Shown: piece by piece, positions 54,478 to 63,748 of the stretch
Layout of the letters: the number at the start of each line of letters is the position of its first letter
Numbering within the stretch: position 1 is the stretch's first letter
Source of the DNA: an uncultured Gammaproteobacteria bacterium
Lineage (GTDB): Bacteria; Patescibacteriota; Microgenomatia; Levybacterales; UBA12049
DNA length: 64,000 bases
Direction: 5' to 3'
Assembly: GCA_964564035.1 (NCBI GenBank)
Contig: CAZLZN010000002.1
Coordinates: forward strand, 20,898-84,897
Translations under genes and position numbers: made by a program
Notes under the pieces: generated by a model
The model's input: only the letters and a program-made list of their open reading frames with translations
The model's database searches: none
What the model was told of the DNA's origin: nothing

Positions 54478-55389
54478 TTAATTATTCTCTTTTTGTTTTC
54501 GAATTCTCAAGGCCAATATTATAGCACAAACGACTAAAAGCATAGACCCTCCTGCAAAATACATTATATTATTATCCTGCGATTTTGATCCGGTTACTCC
54601 TTTGACTTTTATTGCTTGAGAATTACGTTTTAACTCTTTTTTCTGGATTTCTAACGTTTTGGATCCGAGAACAGCCGTAGGTAAATTTCTATTTTTGGCA
54701 GATAAACTGGATTCTTCGTTTTTATCAATATTATACTCGCTGATTTTATTAACTTTTTCATTTTTTTCCGGCATCTGATAATTGACCTGATCTTCGGCAT
54801 TAAATTTAATTGTAGGCACTTTAGAAGGCGTTGGTGTTTTTGTAAGAGTTGGGTTTTTAGTAGGCGTGGGTATTTTTGTTGGGGTAGGTGTATTGCTTGG
54901 CGTCGGAGTATTCGTAGGAACAGGCGTATTAGTTGGAATTGTTGTTGACGAATTATTGGAAGACCCCCTGGATGGCGAACCGAAAACTACCCATTCGGGA
55001 ATGCCATCCTCTTTTCTGCCTATAGAATATCCGTCCGTGATGCTGCCGCTATAACTGTAACTGTCTATCAGGACTTCATTAGCAAATAGCCTTATTGTAT
55101 CTTCGCTCGCTTTGTTCAAATTAAACTTTGTACTCTCAAATACAATATAACCCTTCGCGCCTGTCATACTCTTATCCGGTATTACGTATTTCTCACTGCC
55201 CCCGCTGTCATCAATAACCCACCCCGATATATCGATATCACTATCTGTTGGATTATATAGCTCGACCCACTGACTATTCCCGTCTCCGACAAAAAACTCA
55301 TTTATAACAATATTATCAACTGCCAATGCTTCTTGTTTGTTTAAGAATAAAAATAAAATCGTAATACTTACTAAAATCTTGATAATCAT
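54478..55389 (-). CDS. lamin-tail-domain (LTD) surface protein with Pro/Thr repeat stalk and C-terminal TM anchor
   Basis: Signal peptide, LTD hallmark INEF...SQWVELYNPT, PT-rich linker and C-terminal TM. Confidence 0.65.
   Translation of the reverse strand: MIIKILVSITILFLFLNKQEALAVDNIVINEFFVGDGNSQWVELYNPTDSDIDISGWVIDDSGGSEKYVIPDKSMTGAKGYIVFESTKFNLNKASEDTIRLFANEVLIDSYSYSGSITDGYSIGRKEDGIPEWVVFGSPSRGSSNNSSTTIPTNTPVPTNTPTPSNTPTPTKIPTPTKNPTLTKTPTPSKVPTIKFNAEDQVNYQMPEKNEKVNKISEYNIDKNEESSLSAKNRNLPTAVLGSKTLEIQKKELKRNSQAIKVKGVTGSKSQDNNIMYFAGGSMLLVVCAIILALRIRKQKENN
54811..54939 (-). repeat. imperfect tandem coding repeat (PTxTP units) inside the LTD gene
   Basis: Protein IPTNTPVPTNTPTPSNTPTPTKIPTPTKNPTLTKTPTPSKVP. 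The DNA shows reiterated ggcgt/ggtgt/tttgt units. Confidence 0.6.
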
Positions 55390-56456
55390 TTTATTGTTAT
55401 TGTTTTAAATATCTCTTCAGCCTCCTCTATATACTTTTCGTACTCATCTTCATAGCCCGCATATGTAAACACGTAAGCAAACTCATTTGAAAAGCTTATA
55501 ACACTCATCAGCGTTAAGCTCATTCCGTCGGATTGCTCTTTGGCTATAAACCTGTAAAAAGTTCGGTTATTTATATTTAAACTGCTCTGCTCAATTATTT
55601 TCCCTTTTTTTGATATATCCAAATATTCTTGAGCGTTTATTTGCTCCCGATTCGCCGTAGAACGTGCAGGTACAGGCTTTGCGATTTTAATAAGCGCCTT
55701 TTTTGATCTTATGAATAAAACAGCCTGTTGATTAGGATCATCAATGCCTCCCACTTTTACCCAGTTATCAGGATAAACCAAATTGATGCCGTAGTCCGGA
55801 TCTATATAGTTTTCTTTATCGGGTTTGGATTGCGCAAGGTTTGATATTTCTTGATGAATTAAGGCAGGTATTCTATTGGCAAATTGCAGTTCCGGCAATA
55901 AATTAAAAACAATGAATCTGAAAACCAAAAAAACAGAGACGCTAATAAATATAAACAGTATTGTTTCAGAAATTATTAAGATCACATTTTTAACCGGATA
56001 CGATTTTCTGATTTTTTTATAATTTTGATCTGTAGTAACAGTACGGGATATAAGATCATGAATGCCTGCCGGATAACCTGATGTTAAATAACTAAAAATA
56101 TCAATCGGCAAAAATCGGACAATGCTGCGTACAAATACTTTAAGCATTGAGGGACTGCGGCTTTTTATATCAACGACTTTAGTTGACGTAAAATACTTGC
56201 CCGGAGTTTTTGCGGTCAAAAATTCAAACAAGAAATAATATAAAAAATAGTAAATTAATAGACTTACTGCTAAATAATTGATCTGAGGAATAAGTTTAAA
56301 TATAAAAATTAATAAATACAAAACGAATATAAATGAAAATAAAACAATAAACGTATCTATTAAAAAATTGAGGTATCTTTTATTTATTGAAGCAAAATTT
56401 GGTGCGGGCTCTGCCGACAATTCTTCATCACTGATCTTACCATTAAACTCTTCCAT
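55386..56456 (-). CDS. RDD-family membrane protein with C-terminal soluble domain
   Basis: KRYLNFLIDTFIV plus TM helices resemble an RDD domain. The C-terminal half is unrecognised. Confidence 0.5.
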   Translation of the reverse strand: MEEFNGKISDEELSAEPAPNFASINKRYLNFLIDTFIVLFSFIFVLYLLIFIFKLIPQINYLAVSLLIYYFLYYFLFEFLTAKTPGKYFTSTKVVDIKSRSPSMLKVFVRSIVRFLPIDIFSYLTSGYPAGIHDLISRTVTTDQNYKKIRKSYPVKNVILIISETILFIFISVSVFLVFRFIVFNLLPELQFANRIPALIHQEISNLAQSKPDKENYIDPDYGINLVYPDNWVKVGGIDDPNQQAVLFIRSKKALIKIAKPVPARSTANREQINAQEYLDISKKGKIIEQSSLNINNRTFYRFIAKEQSDGMSLTLMSVISFSNEFAYVFTYAGYEDEYEKYIEEAEEIFKTITIK

Positions 56457-56516
56457 TAATTAATTATTGATTAACGAAAATCTAGTGTCAAGAAGAATTT
56501 ATTAATTAATAGTAGA

Positions 56517-57278
56517 CTACACCCTCAGCTTCCATCCGGAACTGAACATTTTCCACACTATGGCAAAAAGAACAATCGAGGTTACAATTATCAAAATTAT
56601 ACCAAAAGCTATATTTGTCTCATGGTATCCTGTCATAGAATACCTGGCTCCGTCGATAAAATAAAATAACGGATTTAAATATGCAACAGACTGCAAATAT
56701 GGCGGAAGCATATTAACAGAATTAAACATCCCTCCGACAAATGACAGCGGCATTAGAATAAAAGTACCGGGAAGTGATAATTGTTCAAAATTTTCCGAAG
56801 CAAGCCCTACTATCACACCCAACAGCCCGAATATAAAAGAAACTCCAATTATATAAAATAAAAATAACGGCAGATTTTGAATAGTCAAAGCACTAAATAC
56901 AAGCCCGATAGCCAAAATCCCGACCCCGATTATAAATGCCCGGGCGACCGCTCCTGCCAGGTAGCCTGTTATCATTTCCGCGTGAGACAAAGGAGCGACA
57001 AGCATCTCCTCAATGCTTCTGATAAATCTTTGAAAATAAACTGAAGAAGACGAATGCGTAAAAGCAGCCGTAATCACATTCATCATAAGAATTCCCGGTA
57101 AAACAAATTCAATATATTTAATTCCTTCAATAGTATTTATACGGCTTCCGAGAATTGAACCGAAAACAAAAATAAACAAAACAGCACTAATCCATGGCGT
57201 CACGAGTGTTTGGATCGCGACTCTCATGAATCTCTGTATCTCCTGTTTAACTAATGTATATAATCCTATCCAATTCAT
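56517..57278 (-). CDS. ABC-2 type transporter permease
   Basis: 253 aa, 6 TM, downstream of its ATPase. Confidence 0.75.
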   Translation of the reverse strand: MNWIGLYTLVKQEIQRFMRVAIQTLVTPWISAVLFIFVFGSILGSRINTIEGIKYIEFVLPGILMMNVITAAFTHSSSSVYFQRFIRSIEEMLVAPLSHAEMITGYLAGAVARAFIIGVGILAIGLVFSALTIQNLPLFLFYIIGVSFIFGLLGVIVGLASENFEQLSLPGTFILMPLSFVGGMFNSVNMLPPYLQSVAYLNPLFYFIDGARYSMTGYHETNIAFGIILIIVTSIVLFAIVWKMFSSGWKLRV

Positions 57279-57303
57279 AATATTCTATTCTAACCCCTAA
57301 ACC

Positions 57304-58017
57304 CTAATCACTAGTCAGCTTGAGATATGTCTCCTCAAGTCTGCCTTTCTTCATAAATGAAGTTTTATCTCCAACCTTTACTATTTTCCCTTTATTTATA
57401 ATCGCGATTCGGTTTGCAAGCGCTTCAACCTCTTCGAGATAATGTGTGGTCAAAAAAATTGTTTTACCTGCTTTATTTAAATCCCGTAAGTGCTGCCAAA
57501 GCTCAAGCCTCAGATTGACGTCAACACCCGCTGTCGGCTCATCAAGTATCAAAAGCTCAGGATTATGTACCATTGCCCTGGCAAGCATAACCCGTCTCTT
57601 CATTCCGCCCGATAACTGATTAAATTTTTTATCTGCATGTTCTTTCAAATTAAATTGCTCCAGAAGCTCGCCGATTCTTTTTTTCCTCTCGCTTCCGTTC
57701 ATCCCATAAAATCCTGCTACATGATCGAGTATAAGCGTCACCTTGCCGAAAGCGTCAGTATTGAATTCCTGAGGCGACAAGCCTATTAGCTTTCTGGCTT
57801 CTCTATAATCGCTGACAACATCTCTCCCGAATACTTTTATTGATCCGCTCTCCATCCTCGCTATACCGGTGATCAGATGTATAGTTGTCGTTTTGCCGGC
57901 GCCGTTAGGACCGAGGAACGAAAAAAATTCACCCTTTTCTACATCCAGCGATAATCCGTCAATAGCCGTATTTTTACCATAATGCTTGACTAGATTTTTA
58001 ATTTCCAAAGCTTTCAT
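57304..58017 (-). CDS. ABC transporter ATP-binding protein (DrrA-like)
   Basis: GPNGAGKTT, LSGGMKRR and LLILDEPT. Confidence 0.88.
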   Translation of the reverse strand: MKALEIKNLVKHYGKNTAIDGLSLDVEKGEFFSFLGPNGAGKTTTIHLITGIARMESGSIKVFGRDVVSDYREARKLIGLSPQEFNTDAFGKVTLILDHVAGFYGMNGSERKKRIGELLEQFNLKEHADKKFNQLSGGMKRRVMLARAMVHNPELLILDEPTAGVDVNLRLELWQHLRDLNKAGKTIFLTTHYLEEVEALANRIAIINKGKIVKVGDKTSFMKKGRLEETYLKLTSD

Positions 58018-58062
58018 AATAAAATATTATACCAGAACATTCATCACAATAGTATTAGTTAA

Positions 58063-59325
58063 TTAGCCGTTCAGCCATCCATATTGAAATATCTGAGCTG
58101 TTGAGTAATAATCGCTGAACCTGAGATCCGGCCCGTTCCATGGATCATTCATTATATAATCACCATTTTGACCGCTTTTAAGCACCAGAAAATGAGTACC
58201 TACGCTATTGGAACTTGTAGTGACACCCACAATTACCGGCTGTCCGGAGGCAAGCCTCGAATCGATTGAGCCGAAATCCCTCTGCCATATCGAAGAAAAC
58301 CGGCCTCCCCCCCATGGTATTCGCATTGCCGCCGTAGAAAAAGCATAATAGCTGTTGACCGCGGCGATTCCGGCAGGATCGACATTTTCACCGTTCTTCT
58401 TTAAAATCATTGCAACTGAAGTAAGTAGACAGCCTACCTCCCAAACCTGGTCTGACGAGGCGCCGATCAAATTCCTCCCCCATCTTTCGTCTCTTTGATT
58501 ATAATACCACCCGTCCGGACTTGCCTGTGCTGGAAGTATCGATCCGCCTGTGCCAACTCTCGCGTTAGCAAATGACTTAAAAGATGCTACCTGTCGTCTC
58601 GCGTCGGATAACATTTTTTGATAATTTTTTTCATCGTTTTTAGTAATAGTCAAAAGCTCCTGTTTGGCATCCATTTCCCGGTCCAGCTCGCTGTTATATT
58701 GTTCCAACTGATCCTGAAGTGCGACAATTTTCTTCTTTTTTGTTTCCAGAATTTCTTTCTGCGCCGCGTAATCCATTTTAGCCTGCTGTGTATTATAAAG
58801 TAGTTTTTTATCATGTTCTTGCACAATTTTTAGGTAGTTTTCTTTTGAAATAAACTCCCGCAAATTACTGGATGCAAGTAGAATGCGAAGCGGATCAATT
58901 TCGCCTGCTTGATAAGTAGCTTTTATACGCGTTAATAATATTTTGGAAACATCATCAAGAGAATTTTCAAGCTTTTTAATTCTTTTACCTGCAGAATCAA
59001 TATCAAGTGTTGTTTCGTTAATTTGCTGCTGTACGTTATTAATACGGTATTTAGTAAGCTGAATTTGATTATCCATAACATCAATCTGTGATGACAGAGT
59101 ATCGCCCTGTTTTTTTAATTCATTTACTTTACCTTCAAGTTCCCGAATTTTATCCTGAAGTTTGCTTACTGTTTCATTATTTGAATCTGACGAACTGCCG
59201 GTTGGAGATATTGATGGCTCAATAGTTACCTGCGTACTCGGAGTTTGCGCGAAGATCGCTGTGGGATGCACAAAAAACAATAAAACAGATACGAAGAACA
59301 ATTTGAACGATTTTCTAATGAACAT
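58063..59325 (-). CDS. secreted coiled-coil protein with C-terminal papain-fold (C39-like) cysteine peptidase domain, candidate FtsEX-controlled cell-wall hydrolase
   Basis: Signal peptide, about 200 aa of heptad-like coiled coil, then WEVGCLLTSVAMILKKNG (Cys) and GTHFLVLKSG...NDPW (His). Directly downstream of ftsX. Confidence 0.6.
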   Translation of the reverse strand: MFIRKSFKLFFVSVLLFFVHPTAIFAQTPSTQVTIEPSISPTGSSSDSNNETVSKLQDKIRELEGKVNELKKQGDTLSSQIDVMDNQIQLTKYRINNVQQQINETTLDIDSAGKRIKKLENSLDDVSKILLTRIKATYQAGEIDPLRILLASSNLREFISKENYLKIVQEHDKKLLYNTQQAKMDYAAQKEILETKKKKIVALQDQLEQYNSELDREMDAKQELLTITKNDEKNYQKMLSDARRQVASFKSFANARVGTGGSILPAQASPDGWYYNQRDERWGRNLIGASSDQVWEVGCLLTSVAMILKKNGENVDPAGIAAVNSYYAFSTAAMRIPWGGGRFSSIWQRDFGSIDSRLASGQPVIVGVTTSSNSVGTHFLVLKSGQNGDYIMNDPWNGPDLRFSDYYSTAQIFQYGWLNG

Positions 59326-59348
59326 ATAAAAATAATTTGATTAAGTAA

Positions 59349-60215
59349 TTATTTTAAATAACGCAGAACAGCTAGCGAGCTTGCAAACATTCCCAAAAGT
59401 ATTGCTATGAATAGTTCGGCTGCCAATAGCTGCGCTATGAATAATATGGAAACAGGCAGTATAGGTATATCTGCCAAAAACTGCTCCAGATAAGGCAATG
59501 AATAATATAATCCTCCGACAGCGATGGCCCATCCCAGAACTGTACCGATTACACCATAAAAAATACCCTCAAGCAGAAACGGCCATCTGATATACCAGTT
59601 TGTGGCACTCAGAAGTTTCATGATTTCAATTTCTTCTCTCTTTTGAGAAATTTTAAAACCTACTATGCTGACAATTATAAAAATCGATTCTGCGATCAAT
59701 ATAGCGATCAGACCTATTCCGATTATTTTGATCGCGTTAGTCCATTTGGTAAGTGTTGAAACAACATCCTGAGGATATCTGACGAGTGACACAATTGAAG
59801 AGTTTTTTAATTTATCCGCTATCACAGGCAAGTCTTCAATGCTTTTGGTTGAAATTTCAAGCGACGCCGGTAAAATATCTTCCGTTACCAGCTCCAGAAG
59901 AACGGGGTCATCTTGGTTTTGCTGTCTATATTTTTCCAGAGCTTCTTTCTTGGATACATATTTGCTTTCCGCAATTTGCCCTGTACGGTCAATTTCACGT
60001 TTCAAATTCAGTATTTCATTTTGTCCTGCCTCATCATTAAAAAAAGCTACAACCTCAAGCCTCGACTCAAGGTAATTAACTATAATAGATGAACCTAGCG
60101 CTATAAAAGCAAATACCGATATCGCGAAAAATGTTAGAGTTGTAATAAATACAGCCGCTAAAGACTGATATGGATTGCGCCTGATATGTCTCCATGTGGT
60201 TTTTACCGATTTCAT
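59349..60215 (-). CDS. ftsX: cell division permease-like protein FtsX
   Basis: 4 TM with a large first extracellular loop. Overlaps the ftsE stop by 4 nt. Confidence 0.85.
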   Translation of the reverse strand: MKSVKTTWRHIRRNPYQSLAAVFITTLTFFAISVFAFIALGSSIIVNYLESRLEVVAFFNDEAGQNEILNLKREIDRTGQIAESKYVSKKEALEKYRQQNQDDPVLLELVTEDILPASLEISTKSIEDLPVIADKLKNSSIVSLVRYPQDVVSTLTKWTNAIKIIGIGLIAILIAESIFIIVSIVGFKISQKREEIEIMKLLSATNWYIRWPFLLEGIFYGVIGTVLGWAIAVGGLYYSLPYLEQFLADIPILPVSILFIAQLLAAELFIAILLGMFASSLAVLRYLK

Positions 60216-60904
60216 GATTTTGCCCCCTTTCCATGCTTACCTGCTGGCTGGTCCTTGACTAGCTTTCCCTTCTCAAGAGTTATAACCCTTTTTAGAAGAC
60301 TATTAATTATATCCGTGTTATGAGTTGCCATTATAATTGTTGTACCTGTCTGATTGATGTCTTGAAGCAGTTTTAGTATTTCCCAGGAAGTTGTCATATC
60401 CAAATTGCCTGTCGGCTCATCCGCCAACACAATATCCGGATTAAAAACTAATGCCCTGGCAATAGCGGCCCGCTGAAGCTCCCCGCCCGACAACTGTAGA
60501 GGGAATTTATTTCGATGCTCACTGATTCCCACTTGCTCAAGTATAGTCTCCACTCTTTGCTTAGCTTCTTTGCTGTTTGTATTGGCAACCTCAAGCGGAA
60601 ATAAAATATTTTCAAAAACAGTTCTGTCTCTTAACAGCTTCAGATCCTGGAAAACGACTCCTATTTTCTTGCGCAGATGCGGTATTTTTTTACGGGGAAG
60701 CTTAGCAAGATCCCACTCAATAACCTGAATACCTCCCTGAGTCGGAAGGGTATCGCGGATTAATAAACGGAACAATGTTGTTTTACCCGAGCCGGAAGGT
60801 CCTACCAGAAATACAAATTCACCCTTGTTTACATTAAAATTTATATCACTTAGGGCAGCTGTACCGGTTTTATATATCTTAGATACATTTTTGAGCGTTA
60901 TCAT
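60212..60904 (-). CDS. ftsE: cell division ATP-binding protein FtsE
   Basis: GPSGSGKTT, LSGGELQR and IVLADEPTGNLD. Confidence 0.9.
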   Translation of the reverse strand: MITLKNVSKIYKTGTAALSDINFNVNKGEFVFLVGPSGSGKTTLFRLLIRDTLPTQGGIQVIEWDLAKLPRKKIPHLRKKIGVVFQDLKLLRDRTVFENILFPLEVANTNSKEAKQRVETILEQVGISEHRNKFPLQLSGGELQRAAIARALVFNPDIVLADEPTGNLDMTTSWEILKLLQDINQTGTTIIMATHNTDIINSLLKRVITLEKGKLVKDQPAGKHGKGAKS

Positions 60905-60905
60905 C

Positions 60906-61355
60906 TTAATCCAATACTTCTACTTTGCCTACATCCATAAGCCAGCCTGCTTTACGTGCTGTCTGAGTTTGCCCCCAAACCTTAATCTTTCGACCTGTAA
61001 AGAGACTTAAGTCGACAAGCGATGAAGTCATATATACATTCTGACTCTCCCCTCCCGGACGCACCAGATGAAATTGGCCTTCGCCGTCAACTCCGCCTTC
61101 TTTTACAACTCCTTCCGCGCTGTCTTTAAAAGTGTCTGTATCATTTGACCCAAAAGTTTTACCCTTGAGGATTTCACTTGTATCTTCCGGAGATGCAGTG
61201 GCACTGCTTTTTGTGCTGTTGTTTAAATTCGCGGCAAAATATCCCGCAGCAGAGCCCAATATTATGAAAATTACTATACCTGCAATAAACTGAGGCGAAA
61301 AAAACTTCGAAGATGTAAATTGACGCATTACCGACGGTTGACTATTCATAGACAT
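60906..61355 (-). CDS. hypothetical membrane-anchored protein
   Basis: 149 aa, one TM, ends 1 nt before ftsE. No motif recognised. Confidence 0.45.
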   Translation of the reverse strand: MSMNSQPSVMRQFTSSKFFSPQFIAGIVIFIILGSAAGYFAANLNNSTKSSATASPEDTSEILKGKTFGSNDTDTFKDSAEGVVKEGGVDGEGQFHLVRPGGESQNVYMTSSLVDLSLFTGRKIKVWGQTQTARKAGWLMDVGKVEVLD

Positions 61356-61555
61356 GAAAGGTACTTATCCTTCATGTTTAGTAAAGCACATTTCAAGTAT
61401 TTTAGCAACCTCTGAGTTACCAATAATCAATATATCTGCGTCATTTCTAAATATGCATACATCACGACCCCCATTATCAAAAATAAAACTGTATCCATTA
61501 GTACAGTCTATTACTTTTTATTATGTTTTATGTATATAAAATCGTAAGAGAAGAG

Positions 61556-61912
61556 TTATAGAATATGTTTATTTACCGTATCGAGAAGATCATCTATATC
61601 AAACGGTTTCAAAAGAAATCCGTCTGCTCCGGCCTGCTTGGTAATCATCGGAGTATCGTTATTGGCAGAGATCATAATAAGCGGTATGTGTTTGTACTTG
61701 TGATCTCCTTTAAGCTGTTTTGCTATCTTACCTCCGTCATGACCTGATAACCAGATATCCAAAAGTATCAGCGATGGCTTATGCTCTTCAACCAACTTAA
61801 AAAAGGTCTCCTTATCGTCAGTAGAAACTACGCCATATCCTTCACCTTCAAGTATAATTTTTATCACTTCCAATATTGATTGGTCATCTTCGGCTACGAG
61901 AATTTTTTTCAT
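61556..61912 (-). CDS. stand-alone response regulator receiver (CheY-like)
   Basis: DD pair (AEDDQS), phospho-acceptor LLDIWL and LLKPF. Confidence 0.85.
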   Translation of the reverse strand: MKKILVAEDDQSILEVIKIILEGEGYGVVSTDDKETFFKLVEEHKPSLILLDIWLSGHDGGKIAKQLKGDHKYKHIPLIMISANNDTPMITKQAGADGFLLKPFDIDDLLDTVNKHIL

Positions 61913-62053
61913 ATTAATTTAGCTAATTCTACATTTACAACGCCTAAAAAGTAAATAGATCAGTCATAATAGAATCGCAATAGTATGGTAAAGATTGTGT
62001 AAATGAGTATTGTTAATTATATATCTTTATAATACAATACTATTAGCTCAGGC

Positions 62054-62455
62054 ATGTTAAGTATCTACATCAACACCTCCCTACCTAAAGAAATTTGTGA
62101 CATAACAGATCAAATAAACTCCGAAATCAAAAAAAACAAATTCACGAATGGATTGATCAATTTATTCATAAAACACACAACAACAGCACTGACCGTAGCA
62201 GATCTTGATCCCGGAACAGACTTAGATCTATTGAATGCCTATCAGGAAATGGTCCCCAGGCTCAAATACAATCATCCTCATGATCCGTCACATGTAGCTG
62301 ACCACATACTATCCGCTCTTATAGGAGTATCACTCACATTGCCTGTTAAACAAAGTTGCCTTGAACTTGGCATGTGGCAGAGAGTGATACTTGCCGAATT
62401 CAGCGGTCCCAGACGCCGGGAAATAATATTAACATTTGTAAAAAATGCGCTATAA
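62054..62455 (+). CDS. yjbQ: YjbQ/UPF0047 family protein (secondary thiamine-phosphate synthase)
   Basis: HTTTALTV, DPGTDLDL and HPHDPSHVADHILS. Confidence 0.8.
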   Translation: MLSIYINTSLPKEICDITDQINSEIKKNKFTNGLINLFIKHTTTALTVADLDPGTDLDLLNAYQEMVPRLKYNHPHDPSHVADHILSALIGVSLTLPVKQSCLELGMWQRVILAEFSGPRRREIILTFVKNAL

Positions 62456-62473
62456 TAAGTCTCTAAACCAAAT

Positions 62474-63748
62474 ATGCCGATTTCAATAGCAATAGGTTCC
62501 CAATGGGGCGATGAGGGCAAAGGTAAAATAATTGACTATCTCTCAGCCAAAGCCGATTATGTAGTCAGATTTCACGGCGGTAACAACGCCGGTCATACCG
62601 TTATTAACAAATACGGCAAATTCCCTCTGCATCTAATTCCGTCCGGAGTTTTCAATCCCAAAGCAAAATCCTGTATCACTAACGGTGTAGTACTGGACCT
62701 CGAAGTTCTGGTAAACGAAATTGAAATGCTCAAAAAAGCCTCGATCAAGCTTGAAAATAAACTTTTTATCTCACCGCGCTGTCACATAATTTTGCCTTAT
62801 CACAAGAGTCTCGATAAATTATATGAAGAAGCCAAAGACAAAGGCAAAACCGGCACCACTGGACGCGGGATCGGCCCCGTTTACGCGGACAAAGTCAGCT
62901 ATAATGGTATTAGATTATTCGATCTTTTCGAAAGCGCTCTATTTTCTCAAAAATTAAACACCCAGCTAATTATAAAAAACAAAATAATGAAAGCTCTCGG
63001 CGGGAGTGAGTTAGATAAAAACGAAATTAAAACAAAGACACTCAAGCTTTTTAAAAAGATAAAACCCTATATCAAAGAACCTCTGCCTGTTTTACAGAAA
63101 GCGATAGCGGATAACAAAAATATTGTATACGAAGGAGCGCATGGGATATTCCTGGACAATGATTGGGGTACATACCCGTTTGTTACCGCATCCAACGTCG
63201 TAAGCGGCGGCATAACGGCATCAAGCGGTATCCCCGCTGGCAATCTGAACAACATTATCGGAATCGTTAAAGCATACACAACGCGGGTTGGAGAAGGTCC
63301 ATTCCCGACAGAATTATTTGATCGTGATGGTGAAAAGCTTCGAGCTCAAGGCAACGAATTCGGCACAACTACCGGCAGACCGCGTAGATGCGGCTGGTTC
63401 GACGCGGAGCTTATACGCTTCGCGGCTCAACTGAACGGCTATACCGGAATAGCCGTCACCAAACTCGATGTGCTCGACAAATTCGATGAAATTAAAATAT
63501 GCACCGGCTACAAAATAGGATCCAAGACAGTGCGATACTACGACGGTGACGCCGCTTTTTTGACCAAAGTAAAACCTGTATACAAAAAAATCAAAGGCTG
63601 GGCGGTATCAACTCAGGGAATTACCGATTACAAAGATTTACCTGTCAACGCGAAGGCTTATATTCAGGAGATCGAAAAACAAACCGGAGTCAAAGTAGCG
63701 TTTATCTCAACCGGTCCCCGAACCGACGAGCTTATCAAAATTTCCTAG
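62474..63748 (+). CDS. purA: adenylosuccinate synthase
   Basis: GSQWGDEGKGK, GTTGRGIGP and TTGRPRRCGW. Confidence 0.93.
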   Translation: MPISIAIGSQWGDEGKGKIIDYLSAKADYVVRFHGGNNAGHTVINKYGKFPLHLIPSGVFNPKAKSCITNGVVLDLEVLVNEIEMLKKASIKLENKLFISPRCHIILPYHKSLDKLYEEAKDKGKTGTTGRGIGPVYADKVSYNGIRLFDLFESALFSQKLNTQLIIKNKIMKALGGSELDKNEIKTKTLKLFKKIKPYIKEPLPVLQKAIADNKNIVYEGAHGIFLDNDWGTYPFVTASNVVSGGITASSGIPAGNLNNIIGIVKAYTTRVGEGPFPTELFDRDGEKLRAQGNEFGTTTGRPRRCGWFDAELIRFAAQLNGYTGIAVTKLDVLDKFDEIKICTGYKIGSKTVRYYDGDAAFLTKVKPVYKKIKGWAVSTQGITDYKDLPVNAKAYIQEIEKQTGVKVAFISTGPRTDELIKIS

